Source: an uncultured virus (IMG/VR IMGVR_UViG_3300046839_000025) (taxonomy: Duplodnaviria; Heunggongvirae; Uroviricota; Caudoviricetes). Taken from it: a stretch of DNA of 26,341 bases. Positions 9,289 through 17,064 of this stretch are shown here, piece after piece. The position numbers and the translations under genes are program-made. Position 1 is the stretch's first letter. Every line of letters starts with the position of its first letter. The notes under the pieces are model-generated. The model did no database searches, had not been told where the DNA came from, and was given only the letters and a program-made list of their open reading frames with translations. Location: IMG/VR virus record IMGVR_UViG_3300046839_000025; one strand, written 5' to 3'.

Positions 9289-9317
9289 AACAAGAACAGG
9301 AGCCTTGGTAGGCTCCT
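9289..9317 (-). terminator. Terminator downstream of ORF 9323-9616
   Basis: Perfect 8-bp stem AGGAGCCT-4 nt-AGGCTCCT (9298-9317), then GTTCTTGTT; U-tract weak. Confidence 0.55.
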
Positions 9318-9322
9318 CCCTC

Positions 9323-9616
9323 TTAAGCTTCGATGGCCTGATCGAAAGCTTCAAGCTCTTCTTCAGTGTAAAGGTCTGTCCAGTCGGCATCTTCAGGTTC
9401 CTTCATGTAGAGGATTCGCTCTTTGTCATCAAAACGCTTTGGGTCTTTCTTGATTGCGCAAGGGTAAAAACCATTCTGCTGGAAAAGGTCATCTGCAGAC
9501 TGTTTGTATTCTCTGCTCGCTTCTACCGGAATCGTAAGGATGGCTGTGTTTCCGTAAAAGCCTCTTTTCAGGTTCTTCCAAAGGTAAGTGAATTCGTTTC
9601 TTTCTGCTCTTGTCAT
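9323..9616 (-). CDS. Hypothetical accessory protein (97 aa)
   Basis: ATG 9616 behind GGAGG; own promoter motif upstream and terminator downstream. Confidence 0.75.
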   Translation of the reverse strand: MTRAERNEFTYLWKNLKRGFYGNTAILTIPVEASREYKQSADDLFQQNGFYPCAIKKDPKRFDDKERILYMKEPEDADWTDLYTEEELEAFDQAIEA

Positions 9617-9654
9617 GGTATTTTCCTCCGGGGCTCTTCGTGTCTTTGCTTTTT

Positions 9655-9702
9655 GCATGTACATATATCACTCTAAACCCTTGGAATAGCAAGCTTTATG
9701 TG
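9655..9702 (-). promoter_or_regulatory. Repeated promoter-like motif, copy 1
   Basis: CACATAAAGCTTGCTATTCCAAGGGTTTAGAGTGATATATGTACATGC; 46/48 identical to 10458-10505. Confidence 0.75.
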
Positions 9703-9722
9703 GAAATAAGATCATTCTTTCT

Positions 9723-9947
9723 TTAGTTATATTGATGGATCAGGGCTGCGTAGGCGAGCTGGCTTGTTTCATCTTCCGGCTCAATGTCCCATCCGCGGTC
9801 ATAGCGGAGCGTCGTTTTGTTTCCAATGCGGAGCTCCATCTTGCTGATTTTGCCGCATTCGATGCCATAGTCTGAAGGCTCGTCGTAGTGTTTTAGTTCG
9901 TATTTTACCGTTTTCCCTTCGATCTCAAGCGTTCCTTTTTCCCACAT
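9723..9947 (-). CDS. Conserved small phage hypothetical protein (74 aa)
   Basis: MWEKGTLEI...KHYDEPSDYGIECGKISKM...YDRGWDIEP; ATG 9947 behind AAGGAGG. Confidence 0.75.
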   Translation of the reverse strand: MWEKGTLEIEGKTVKYELKHYDEPSDYGIECGKISKMELRIGNKTTLRYDRGWDIEPEDETSQLAYAALIHQYN

Positions 9948-9957
9948 GGCGGCCTCC

Positions 9958-10425
9958 TTATGCAATCGTGAACTCGATTCCGTTCTTTCTTTCCGGTTCG
10001 TCCGTTCCGAAGCGGTGATCGTCCTTTCTTGTGACAATCTTTAAGCTTCCCATCTTCCAGCCGTTTGCGCTAAGTCCATAGATTCCATCCATCAGGCCGG
10101 TGCTCTGGTCGGTGACTGTGATGGCGTCAATTCCGGCTTCTCTTAAGGTATCAGCGAAATCTTTCATATCCTTAGGCCAAGGCAGGTCCTCGACTTCGAA
10201 GCAGTCCGCTCCGCGGTAGTTTACGTTTTGGTAAGCCCAGTAGGCTTTCATCGCTCCGTCGCTGTATGGGAATTTGTTTTCCTCTTCGAAGGCTTTCATC
10301 AGGGTGGTTCCTTCATCGTATTTTTCTTCGTCAAAAAGCTTGCTGCGCTGTTTTCTAATCGCTTCTTTCTTTTCCTGGTAGTCGCTTATTTCTTTGTACA
10401 TGTTTTCAAAATATGCGTTTTTCAT
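9958..10425 (-). CDS. Conserved phage hypothetical protein (155 aa)
   Basis: ATG 10425 behind GGAGG; ...LREAGIDAITVTDQSTGLM...; preceded by promoter motif copy 2. Confidence 0.78.
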   Translation of the reverse strand: MKNAYFENMYKEISDYQEKKEAIRKQRSKLFDEEKYDEGTTLMKAFEEENKFPYSDGAMKAYWAYQNVNYRGADCFEVEDLPWPKDMKDFADTLREAGIDAITVTDQSTGLMDGIYGLSANGWKMGSLKIVTRKDDHRFGTDEPERKNGIEFTIA

Positions 10426-10457
10426 GGTCTTTCCTCCGTTGTTCTTTGCTTTTCTTT

Positions 10458-10505
10458 GCATGTACATATATCACTCTAAAGCCTTGAAATAGCAAGCTTT
10501 ATGTG
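10458..10505 (-). promoter_or_regulatory. Repeated promoter-like motif, copy 2
   Basis: CACATAAAGCTTGCTATTTCAAGGCTTTAGAGTGATATATGTACATGC. Confidence 0.75.
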
Positions 10506-10518
10506 AGGTTTTCTGCCT

Positions 10519-10698
10519 TTATTTTTCGCTTCCTGTCAGGATGAAATGAACGTACTCTTTCCGGTGTTCTTCAAGGTAAAGAACCAGGTCGTAATAGTCA
10601 TAGTCAAAAGCAATCCGCTGAACGGCAATGGTATCCAGCATGTTGGTTAAACCGCTTCGCTGGATGGCAAGAATCTGCTTCTTGATGGTTTCATTCAT
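10519..10698 (-). CDS. DUF5049-like small protein (59 aa; below ORF-track cutoff)
   Basis: Manual translation MNETIKKQILAIQRSGLTNMLDTIAVQRIAFDYDYYDLVLYLEEHRKEYVHFILTGSEK; start overlaps the stop of the upstream gene. Confidence 0.8.
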   Translation of the reverse strand: MNETIKKQILAIQRSGLTNMLDTIAVQRIAFDYDYYDLVLYLEEHRKEYVHFILTGSEK

Positions 10699-10924
10699 GG
10701 CATGTTCCTACCTTCCGTACGATATCTTCTCCAAAGATGACATTTAGTCCAGATCCGTTATCCCAGTGGACCAGGATGCTTCCCGTGTCGTCAACACCAT
10801 AGACGGTGCCAAGCGTTCCTTTGGGCGGTGCCTGGACATCATCCATTTTGATGAGCTCAACTCTCGTTCCGGCTGGGTAGCCGGAGCGAAGAATCGATAA
10901 GGTTTCTTTTCCAATGATGCTCAT
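10691..10924 (-). CDS. DUF4314-like protein
   Basis: YPAGTRVELIKMDDVQAPPKGTLGTVYGVDDTGSILVHWDNGSGL. Confidence 0.82.
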   Translation of the reverse strand: MSIIGKETLSILRSGYPAGTRVELIKMDDVQAPPKGTLGTVYGVDDTGSILVHWDNGSGLNVIFGEDIVRKVGTCHE

Positions 10925-11601
10925 GCGTTAGCTTCCTCCTTTGCTTCTGGGGTATTTCTAAACGCGGAGTTTCCGGATAAATTCCGTAGAAGTATCTTCC
11001 TATCAAGTTTGTAATCCGGCCCGATAAATCCCAGCCTGAGAAGGAAGCAGCGGAAGGCGTACTTTTCGTTCGTCACCTCATAGGCTCTGCTGCTGACCCT
11101 GGACTGTTCTTTGCTGAGCTTGCAAAGCAGGGTAATGAAATCGGTGTAGGCTTTGATTTCATCGGGCTCTGGCACTTCCTTAAACCATGGGAAGCTGACC
11201 CGGTCATCCTTTACATCGATGGTGAGATCTTCAATTCCAAAAGACTTCTTGATGAGATTACCTTTTGCCTTTAGGAAGTTGGAAAGGTTAGTGACATTTA
11301 CCTCTTCAATTGGAATTTCAAAGGTAAGGCCGGTGTCTTCTGGAGCTTCGGCCTCATCCTGTTTTTCTTCAGGCTCGGATTCTCTCGGCTTGAAATCGAC
11401 CTTTTCTAGCTCCGTAGCGATATGGTTAAGCTTTTCTTCGTCTTCGCAGGTGACGACGCCTTCTTTATCGATGGTGACATTTCCCACTTTGTATGCGCAG
11501 GTCGGCATGAACTGATATTCTGATGTGTCACCGGTAATACGGCAGATTTCTGTCACTAAGTCCTTCCGTTCTTCTCCCGTTACCTTGTAGCTTAATTTCA
11601 T
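10921..11601 (-). CDS. Conserved phage protein (often annotated 'virulence-related protein'; function unknown)
   Basis: C-terminal NEKYAFRCFLLRLGFIGPDYKLDRKILLRNLSGNSAFR; RBS AAGGAGG. Confidence 0.75.
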   Translation of the reverse strand: MKLSYKVTGEERKDLVTEICRITGDTSEYQFMPTCAYKVGNVTIDKEGVVTCEDEEKLNHIATELEKVDFKPRESEPEEKQDEAEAPEDTGLTFEIPIEEVNVTNLSNFLKAKGNLIKKSFGIEDLTIDVKDDRVSFPWFKEVPEPDEIKAYTDFITLLCKLSKEQSRVSSRAYEVTNEKYAFRCFLLRLGFIGPDYKLDRKILLRNLSGNSAFRNTPEAKEEANA

Positions 11602-11635
11602 TTTCGTACCTCCTTGATTTTGTTTCTTTTGGTAG

Positions 11636-11670
11636 GTACATATATCACTCTAAAGCGCTGTAATAGCAAG
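11636..11670 (-). promoter_or_regulatory. Repeated promoter-like motif, copy 3
   Basis: CTTGCTATTACAGCGCTTTAGAGTGATATATGTAC upstream of 11601. Confidence 0.72.
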
Positions 11671-11694
11671 AGAATAATGCTGAAATTCCAATGT

Positions 11695-12933
11695 TTATGT
11701 GAGTTCAGCATAAGGGATCTTCTTTCCATCGCGGAGGACAAATACATCAGAGGAATCATCCCTATATTGGATGTACCGATTCACTGCAACATCTACGAAC
11801 TTGGGCTCTAGCTCAATTCCATAGCAAACCCGGTTCAGCTGCTCGCAGGCAATGAGAGTCGAGGCGGATCCAAGAAATCCGTCAAGGACCAGGCCGTTAG
11901 ACTGGGTGCACTGCTTAATGAGGTAGGCGATGAGCGGGACTGGCTTACTGGACGGGTGGCCGAAGCCATCTTCTTTAGCATTTCTAATTCCGTCAAACTC
12001 AAATACCGATTTCTGTTTCTGGTCACCATACCAGATGTGCTTTCCATCTTTTCTCCATCCCCAGATGATTGGCTCCATATTGAATTTCCAGTCGGTTCTC
12101 ATCAGGGGAGCCCTTGGTTTCTTCCAGACCAGGCCTGCGCCAACTTTAAATCCGGCGTCTTCATAAGCGTCGTAAAAGACTCTTGCTTTCATGGTGGCGT
12201 AAAACACATAGATCGATGCGTCTTTTGCCATGGCATCATGAAAGCGAGTGAAAGAAGACAGCAGGAACTTGTATCCTTCTTCATCGGAAAGATCGTCATT
12301 TTTGATTTTACCAACCGAGCTGTCTAGAGACACAAGGTAAGGTGGATCTGTGCAAACAAGATTCACCTTCGTATCACCTAATAAATCTGTGTATGTGTTT
12401 TGGTCTGTAGAATCTCCGCAGATGACTCTGTGTTTTCCTAGATACCAGATGTCACCTGGCTTAGAAAAGCACGGTTTCTCGAGCTCTGCCTCTACATCGA
12501 AATCATCGTCTACTGCTTCTGTATCCACATCCATGAGTTTCGCGAGGTCTTTTTCATCAAAACCAAGAAGGGAAAGGTCGAAGGCGTTTTCCTGAAGATC
12601 AGACAGCTCAACAGAAAGTAGATCTTCATCCCAGCCAGCATTAAGAGACAGCTGGTTGTCTGCGATTATATATGCACGCTTCTGGGCGTCGGTCAGATAT
12701 TCTTCCTTTACGCAAGGAACTTTCTTCAGCCCTAATTTCTGCGCAGCATAAAACCTTCCGTGCCCGCAAAGGATGGTGTTATCTTTTGAGATTACAATAG
12801 GGGACAGGAAGCCGAATTCTTTAATCGATGCAGCAATCTGTGCAATCTGTTTGTCAGAATGGGTTCTCGCATTTCTGGCGTAGGGTATCAGCTTATCGGT
12901 GTCTTCGAGATAGTACTGTGTTGTTTTCTCCAT
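11695..12933 (-). CDS. ParB-like N-domain / N6-N4 DNA methyltransferase fusion
   Basis: N-terminal PYARNARTH...SIKEFGF...GHGR...IIADN; catalytic TDPPY; HPSSKP; SAM-binding LDGFLGSAST (beta-class motif order). Confidence 0.9.
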   Translation of the reverse strand: MEKTTQYYLEDTDKLIPYARNARTHSDKQIAQIAASIKEFGFLSPIVISKDNTILCGHGRFYAAQKLGLKKVPCVKEEYLTDAQKRAYIIADNQLSLNAGWDEDLLSVELSDLQENAFDLSLLGFDEKDLAKLMDVDTEAVDDDFDVEAELEKPCFSKPGDIWYLGKHRVICGDSTDQNTYTDLLGDTKVNLVCTDPPYLVSLDSSVGKIKNDDLSDEEGYKFLLSSFTRFHDAMAKDASIYVFYATMKARVFYDAYEDAGFKVGAGLVWKKPRAPLMRTDWKFNMEPIIWGWRKDGKHIWYGDQKQKSVFEFDGIRNAKEDGFGHPSSKPVPLIAYLIKQCTQSNGLVLDGFLGSASTLIACEQLNRVCYGIELEPKFVDVAVNRYIQYRDDSSDVFVLRDGKKIPYAELT

Positions 12934-13487
12934 TACTTACCTCCGCGTCTTGCTCTAAGCAGCCGCTCCATCACATCATCCTGAGGGTTTGCGCCGTTAA
13001 ATTCGGTCGAGCAGTTCTCTTTTACGATCTGGAAGATTTCATTCCAGAGCCTGTTGGCCTGATTCATGTAGTTGATTCCGATGTTGATGAAAGGTGAGGG
13101 AATTGGCTTTCCCGTAGTCGGATGCTTACTCAGATATCCAAGCTTTGAGGTGATCTTCTCACAGGCGATCCATCTGGCGGAGGCCATGGAGTAGCGCTCA
13201 AGAAGCGCCGGAGATACCGCGCGGGCAACTCCAAGGCCGTCAAGCCAATCCCAGGTCTCTTTGTAGATCTCAGCGGCGGCAAACTCGGAGCCATCATGCT
13301 GAATATCAGAAAGGAACTCATGAGGCTTCGGCATTTCCGCTCCTTCAAGGTCCGGAATGTTCAGGACCTCAAGTGGCCTTCCTCCGGGATTCCCATTTTG
13401 GTATTTCTCCAGCGCAGCTTTTTTCTTTCGTCCGGAGCCAGGGCGTCTGCCTCCGCGGCCGCCGATATTATTCGATTTTGTAGGCAT
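12933..13487 (-). CDS. terS: Terminase small subunit (P27-like)
   Basis: GGRGGRRPGSGRKKK...GNPGGRPL...HPTTGKPIPSPF; downstream of HNH and the cos-like region. Confidence 0.8.
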   Translation of the reverse strand: MPTKSNNIGGRGGRRPGSGRKKKAALEKYQNGNPGGRPLEVLNIPDLEGAEMPKPHEFLSDIQHDGSEFAAAEIYKETWDWLDGLGVARAVSPALLERYSMASARWIACEKITSKLGYLSKHPTTGKPIPSPFINIGINYMNQANRLWNEIFQIVKENCSTEFNGANPQDDVMERLLRARRGGK

Positions 13488-13539
13488 AATGTAGCTGCCT
13501 CCTTTTCAGTATTTTTATATTCCTAACAGTCTGCTGGGT

Positions 13540-13629
13540 TATTACCCTTAAGAAAACGCATGTTCTGCACGCGAGAGGGGGCGCCGGTCTCCAGAGAGGC
13601 TCGCCGTAGAGATCTTTCCTCCCCCTGGG
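13540..13629. other. Putative cos/packaging region
   Basis: GC-rich intergenic stretch with G/C runs (CCCAGGGGGAGG...GGCGCCCCCTCTCGCG) between HNH and terS, the usual cos position in HNH-type cos phages; exact cut site not identifiable. Confidence 0.45.
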
Positions 13630-13977
13630 TCAGCGACTTCCTTTCCGTTTATGCATTTTCTCGTGGCAGGAGTGGCAGAGGCTCATCAGGTTATTCTCCT
13701 CGCTGCTCCCACCCTCGGACAGCGGCACGATGTGATGCACCTCCTGCGCCTTCACGTACCTTCCTTCAAGAAGGCAGCGCTCGCAGAGTGGGTGCTTGTG
13801 AATGTAGCGGTCCCGGATTTTCTTCCAGGGCCTGCCGTACCGTTTTCCGGTGGAGTAGCCGCGGGTGAACGTGTCGTAGTGACGCTGCATCATCTTTTCA
13901 TGCTCCTCGCAGTAGGTGTGGTCTGTCAGCCGAGGGCATCCTGGGTAGCGGCAGGGCCGCTTGGGTTTTCGTGGCAT
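13630..13977 (-). CDS. HNH endonuclease (packaging-associated)
   Basis: HPLCERC...EVHHIVPLSEGG...NLMSLCHSCH. Confidence 0.92.
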   Translation of the reverse strand: MPRKPKRPCRYPGCPRLTDHTYCEEHEKMMQRHYDTFTRGYSTGKRYGRPWKKIRDRYIHKHPLCERCLLEGRYVKAQEVHHIVPLSEGGSSEENNLMSLCHSCHEKMHKRKGSR

Positions 13978-13990
13978 GGCTTCTCCTTTC

Positions 13991-14029
13991 GGGCAAAAGA
14001 AAACCTCGCAAGGGGATTTCCTTACGAGG
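13991..14029 (-). terminator. Terminator-like hairpin in the late-operon leader
   Basis: CCTCGTAAGG-AAATCC-CCTTGCGAGG then TTTTCTTTTGCCC on the minus strand. Confidence 0.55.
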
Positions 14030-14057
14030 CTGCTTTATCCTAACTTTCTACACTATC

Positions 14058-14131
14058 ATTTTACTATTTCTTGAGGTGCACTCAAGTGAAGTGAACTGCA
14101 CATGACTGCACTCAACTGCACTTAACTGCAC
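14058..14131 (-). promoter_or_regulatory. Late promoter with 10-bp-phased direct repeats
   Basis: ACTGCAC at 14095, 14105, 14115 and 14125 (variant at 14075); TTGAGT-16 nt-TAAAAT on the minus strand. Confidence 0.7.
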
Positions 14132-14547
14132 TCTTCGTTGATGACCCGGTCCAGCTCTTCAAGTGCGTAACCGTGAAGGGAGTAAACCCAGCGGAGGGAA
14201 TAGAACATGTTTAAAGAGATCTCTTCCCAGGACTCGTTCTTAAAGTAACGGGAGATTAAAACCGTCTGGTAGTCTGGTTCCTTGATCCTTCCAATGTAGT
14301 CCAGAGCCTCGGTCTTCCTTTCCGTCAGTTCATCCTCATCGCTTTTAATTTCTTCTTCTAAGCTCAGCATCTTCACGATGGTTTCTTCCAGGCGGGAAGA
14401 ATCATGGTTTGAGGCCGTTGGCAGGTCAGAGAAAGCAGGGGAGCTGACGGAGCGGGCCAGGTCCTGCATGATCGTTAATCGCTCCTTCTTTGCCTTGATC
14501 CTGGCTTCCTCTCGGGACAGTCCCCTTAGATATTCTTTTGCATTCAT
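14122..14547 (-). CDS. RinA/ArpU-like late transcriptional activator (DUF1492-like)
   Basis: MNAKEYL...YQTVLISRYFKNESWEEISLNMFYSLRWVYSLHGYAL (sigma-r4-like HTH); last gene before the packaging module. Confidence 0.8.
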   Translation of the reverse strand: MNAKEYLRGLSREEARIKAKKERLTIMQDLARSVSSPAFSDLPTASNHDSSRLEETIVKMLSLEEEIKSDEDELTERKTEALDYIGRIKEPDYQTVLISRYFKNESWEEISLNMFYSLRWVYSLHGYALEELDRVINEECS

Positions 14548-14756
14548 AAGCATTCCTCCCTCAGCTTTTTAATTAAGTAGTTCCCATCGATTTTGGTGAG
14601 TAACTTAAACCAGGAAGAACGGAAGAAGCGTTCGTCTTCCTTGACCTTTCCCTTGTTGATGTTCGAAGGTCTATTCTTCATGCGTCTTAAATCCTGCCGG
14701 TAGTCTTTGACTGCCTGAAGGACGATCGCGTCTGCTAATTTCTGATAAGGATCCAT
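14544..14756 (-). CDS. Conserved phage hypothetical protein (70 aa)
   Basis: YQKLADAIVLQAVKDYR...ERFFRSSWFKLLTKIDG; overlaps both neighbours. Confidence 0.78.
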   Translation of the reverse strand: MDPYQKLADAIVLQAVKDYRQDLRRMKNRPSNINKGKVKEDERFFRSSWFKLLTKIDGNYLIKKLREECL

Positions 14757-16105
14757 CAGTTCACCTCCAGCTGCGCTTTGACTGCATCAATTAAAGCGGC
14801 CTGCGTCTTATTTTTCTTGTTTAGGGCTGTCATCACGTTTTCATCGATGGTGCCTTTTGTAATGATGTGGTGGATGACCACGGTGTCTTTCTGGCCCTGC
14901 CGCCAGAGTCTGGCGTTGGTTTGCTGGTAAAGCTCTAAAGACCAGGTTAAGCCAAACCAGATCAGGGTTGATCCACCTGCCTGAAGGTTCAGGCCGTGGC
15001 CCGCGGAAGCGGGGTGGAGGACAGCAAGAGGAATCCCGCCTTCATTCCAGTCTTTAATGTCTTGATCGGTCTTGATTTCCCGGACAGGAAAGCGCTTCTT
15101 GATCCTCTCAAAATCATGCTTAAACCAGTAAGCAATCAGAACCGGCTTTCCGTTTGCGCTTTCGATGAGATCTTCCAGGGCATCGAGTTTCCTCTCGTGA
15201 ATCAACACGGCTTTTCCATCGTCACTGTAGACGGCTCCGTTTGCCATCTGAAGAAGCTTATTGGATAGGGAGGCTGCGTTGACCGCGTCGATTTCTTTAT
15301 CCTTTAAGCTGACCACCATTTCTTTTTTCAAATCGTCATAGAGTTTCTGCTCTTTAGGAGCAAGAGTAACCTTGACTTCGTTCGTCACGAGTTTTGGCAT
15401 TTTGAGATAATCACAAGCTTTCATCGATATCGTGATGTCCGAGATCTTTTTATAGATCGCATCTTCCGCTCCAGGAAGCGGCTTGTAGGAAAAGATCACT
15501 TGCGCGTTTCTTTTGTCTGGAAGAAAGTAGTTCCTCCGGTACTGGCCGATGTAACGCCCAAGCCTTTCTCCCATGTCAAGCAGCCTGAACTTTGCGAAAA
15601 GGTCCATCAGGCCGTTACTTGATGGCGTTCCGGTTAAGCCCACGATCCGTTTTACCTTTGGCCTCACCTTTAGAAGGCTCTTAAAGCGCTTGGACTGGTG
15701 GGATTTAAAGGAGGACAGCTCATCAAGCACAAGCATGTCGTAGTCAAAGGGAAGGCCGGACTTTTCCACGAGCCAGCTGACATTTTCCCGGTTGATGATG
15801 TAAAGGTCAGCTTTACTTTTCAGGGCTTTCTTCCGCTCGCTTTCCGGGCCAGTCGCTACGGAGTAGGTCAGGCCTTTCAGATGGTCCCACTTTTTGATTT
15901 CTTCCGGCCAGCTGCTGGTGCAGACGCGAAGAGGAGCAATGATTAAAGGCTTCCTTACTTCAAAGCGGTCAAACATCAGCTCCTGAATCGCGGTCAGTGT
16001 GATCACGGTCTTTCCAAGTCCGCAGCTAAGAAGGATCGCGGACACTGGATGATCGATGATGAACTTTGTGGAGTAGGCCTGGTATTTATGAGGATTGTAT
16101 TTCAT
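14756..16105 (-). CDS. SNF2-family DEAD/DEAH helicase
   Basis: GLGKT, VLDELS, LTGTP, SAGHGLNLQ, QTNARLWRQGQ. Confidence 0.92.
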   Translation of the reverse strand: MKYNPHKYQAYSTKFIIDHPVSAILLSCGLGKTVITLTAIQELMFDRFEVRKPLIIAPLRVCTSSWPEEIKKWDHLKGLTYSVATGPESERKKALKSKADLYIINRENVSWLVEKSGLPFDYDMLVLDELSSFKSHQSKRFKSLLKVRPKVKRIVGLTGTPSSNGLMDLFAKFRLLDMGERLGRYIGQYRRNYFLPDKRNAQVIFSYKPLPGAEDAIYKKISDITISMKACDYLKMPKLVTNEVKVTLAPKEQKLYDDLKKEMVVSLKDKEIDAVNAASLSNKLLQMANGAVYSDDGKAVLIHERKLDALEDLIESANGKPVLIAYWFKHDFERIKKRFPVREIKTDQDIKDWNEGGIPLAVLHPASAGHGLNLQAGGSTLIWFGLTWSLELYQQTNARLWRQGQKDTVVIHHIITKGTIDENVMTALNKKNKTQAALIDAVKAQLEVN

Positions 16106-16367
16106 CTAAAATTCCTCCAATCTGTTCTGGCTGATCGATTAAGTAAACAGAAAAGCCAAGATCTTCAAGCTGGCGTTTTCTTTTTAGCTGAAGAGGCCGC
16201 ATCTTCTTTCTAGGGGCTTTCAGCTCGACAAAGGCTATATTGCCTTCCGGCAGTAAAACGATCCGGTCTGGTACTCCGCTTAGGCCGGGAGAGATAAATT
16301 TCAGTGCTAGGCCTCCCATGCCTTTAACTTCCCGTCGCAGTTTCTCTTCGATTTCTTTTTCTTTCAT
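16086..16367 (-). CDS. VRR-NUC domain nuclease
   Basis: EKEIE...KFISPGLSGVPDRIVL...FVELKAP...PLQ. Confidence 0.9.
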   Translation of the reverse strand: MKEKEIEEKLRREVKGMGGLALKFISPGLSGVPDRIVLLPEGNIAFVELKAPRKKMRPLQLKRKRQLEDLGFSVYLIDQPEQIGGILDEIQSS

Positions 16368-16380
16368 ATCGTCCTTTCCG

Positions 16381-16605
16381 TGTTCCAGTGATCCAGTGAT
16401 CCACGTTTTCCTCTATATATCGTATATATGTATATATATTCTATATACTCTATATTTATATATATTATTTTTAATAGAATATAGTGGAACAGTGGATCAG
16501 TAAGCGCTGAAACACTTGTAGTTACTAATATCTAGCATGATCCAGTTTTGTTGTTCCGGTCTGGATCAGACTGGAATGGATCACGATCCAGTAATCCAGA
16601 CCGGA
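16381..16605. other. Putative replication origin, copy A
   Basis: AT/TATA-rich core (~16414-16483) flanked by inverted TG(A/T)TCCA iterons; 12-bp inverted repeat 16555-16566/16594-16605. Confidence 0.6.
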
Positions 16606-16627
16606 TTGCTTTTCACCCGATTAGAAT

Positions 16628-16711
16628 TTATGGCTGGATGCGTTCAGATGGAAGGTAAACCCACTGCGAACCATAGAGTGGAAGGCGGATTTTCTTTTCA
16701 TAAACGATCCA
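16628..16711 (-). pseudogene. Orphan 3' fragment of a second vapE allele
   Basis: WIVYEKKIRLPLYGSQWVYLPSERIQP* versus intact WHRFEKKIRIPLYGSQWVYIPPERLRP*. Confidence 0.85.
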
Positions 16712-16800
16712 CTTAGGCTAGAAGAGATAAACTTCAGCGCTAAGCCTCCCATGGTTTATGTCTTCTTGCGAAGCCTCGCTTCGATTTCTTTTTCTTTCAT
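16708..16800 (-). pseudogene. 5' fragment of a second VRR-NUC allele with an internal stop
   Basis: MKEKEIEARLRKKT*TMGGLALKFISSSLSG versus intact MKEKEIEEKLRREVKGMGGLALKFISPGLSG. Confidence 0.85.
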
Positions 16801-16814
16801 ATCGTCCTTTCTCT

Positions 16815-17042
16815 GTTCCAGTGTTCCACTAAATTCCCATTAATTTAGAAAAGGGTATATATGGTTATATATGTGTCCTATATGACCTATTTCTATGTTT
16901 TTTATTTTTAATAGAAAATAGTGGAACAGTGGAACAGGATGTGCTGAAACACTTGTAATTACTAACTTCTAGCATGTTCCAGTATTGCTGTTCCGGTCTG
17001 GATCAGACTGGAATGGAACACGATTCAGTGATCCAGACCGGA
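16815..17042. other. Putative replication origin, copy B
   Basis: AT-rich core flanked by TGTTCCAGTGTTCCAC and GTGGAACAGTGGAACAG; 14-bp inverted repeat 16992-17005/17029-17042; directly downstream of vapE. Confidence 0.6.
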
Positions 17043-17064
17043 TTGTTTTTCGGCCGACTGGAAC

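Noticed and set aside
8994..10467. Longer ORF-track starts at 9083, 9664, 10037 and 10467
   Set aside because: These starts fall inside the repeated promoter motif or an upstream gene and lack an RBS; downstream ATGs have GGAGG at proper spacing
9655..11670. Repeated motif as a CRISPR array or integron attC array
   Set aside because: Spacing is 0.8-1.2 kb with genes between copies; no cas or integron integrase gene; no attC-like palindrome
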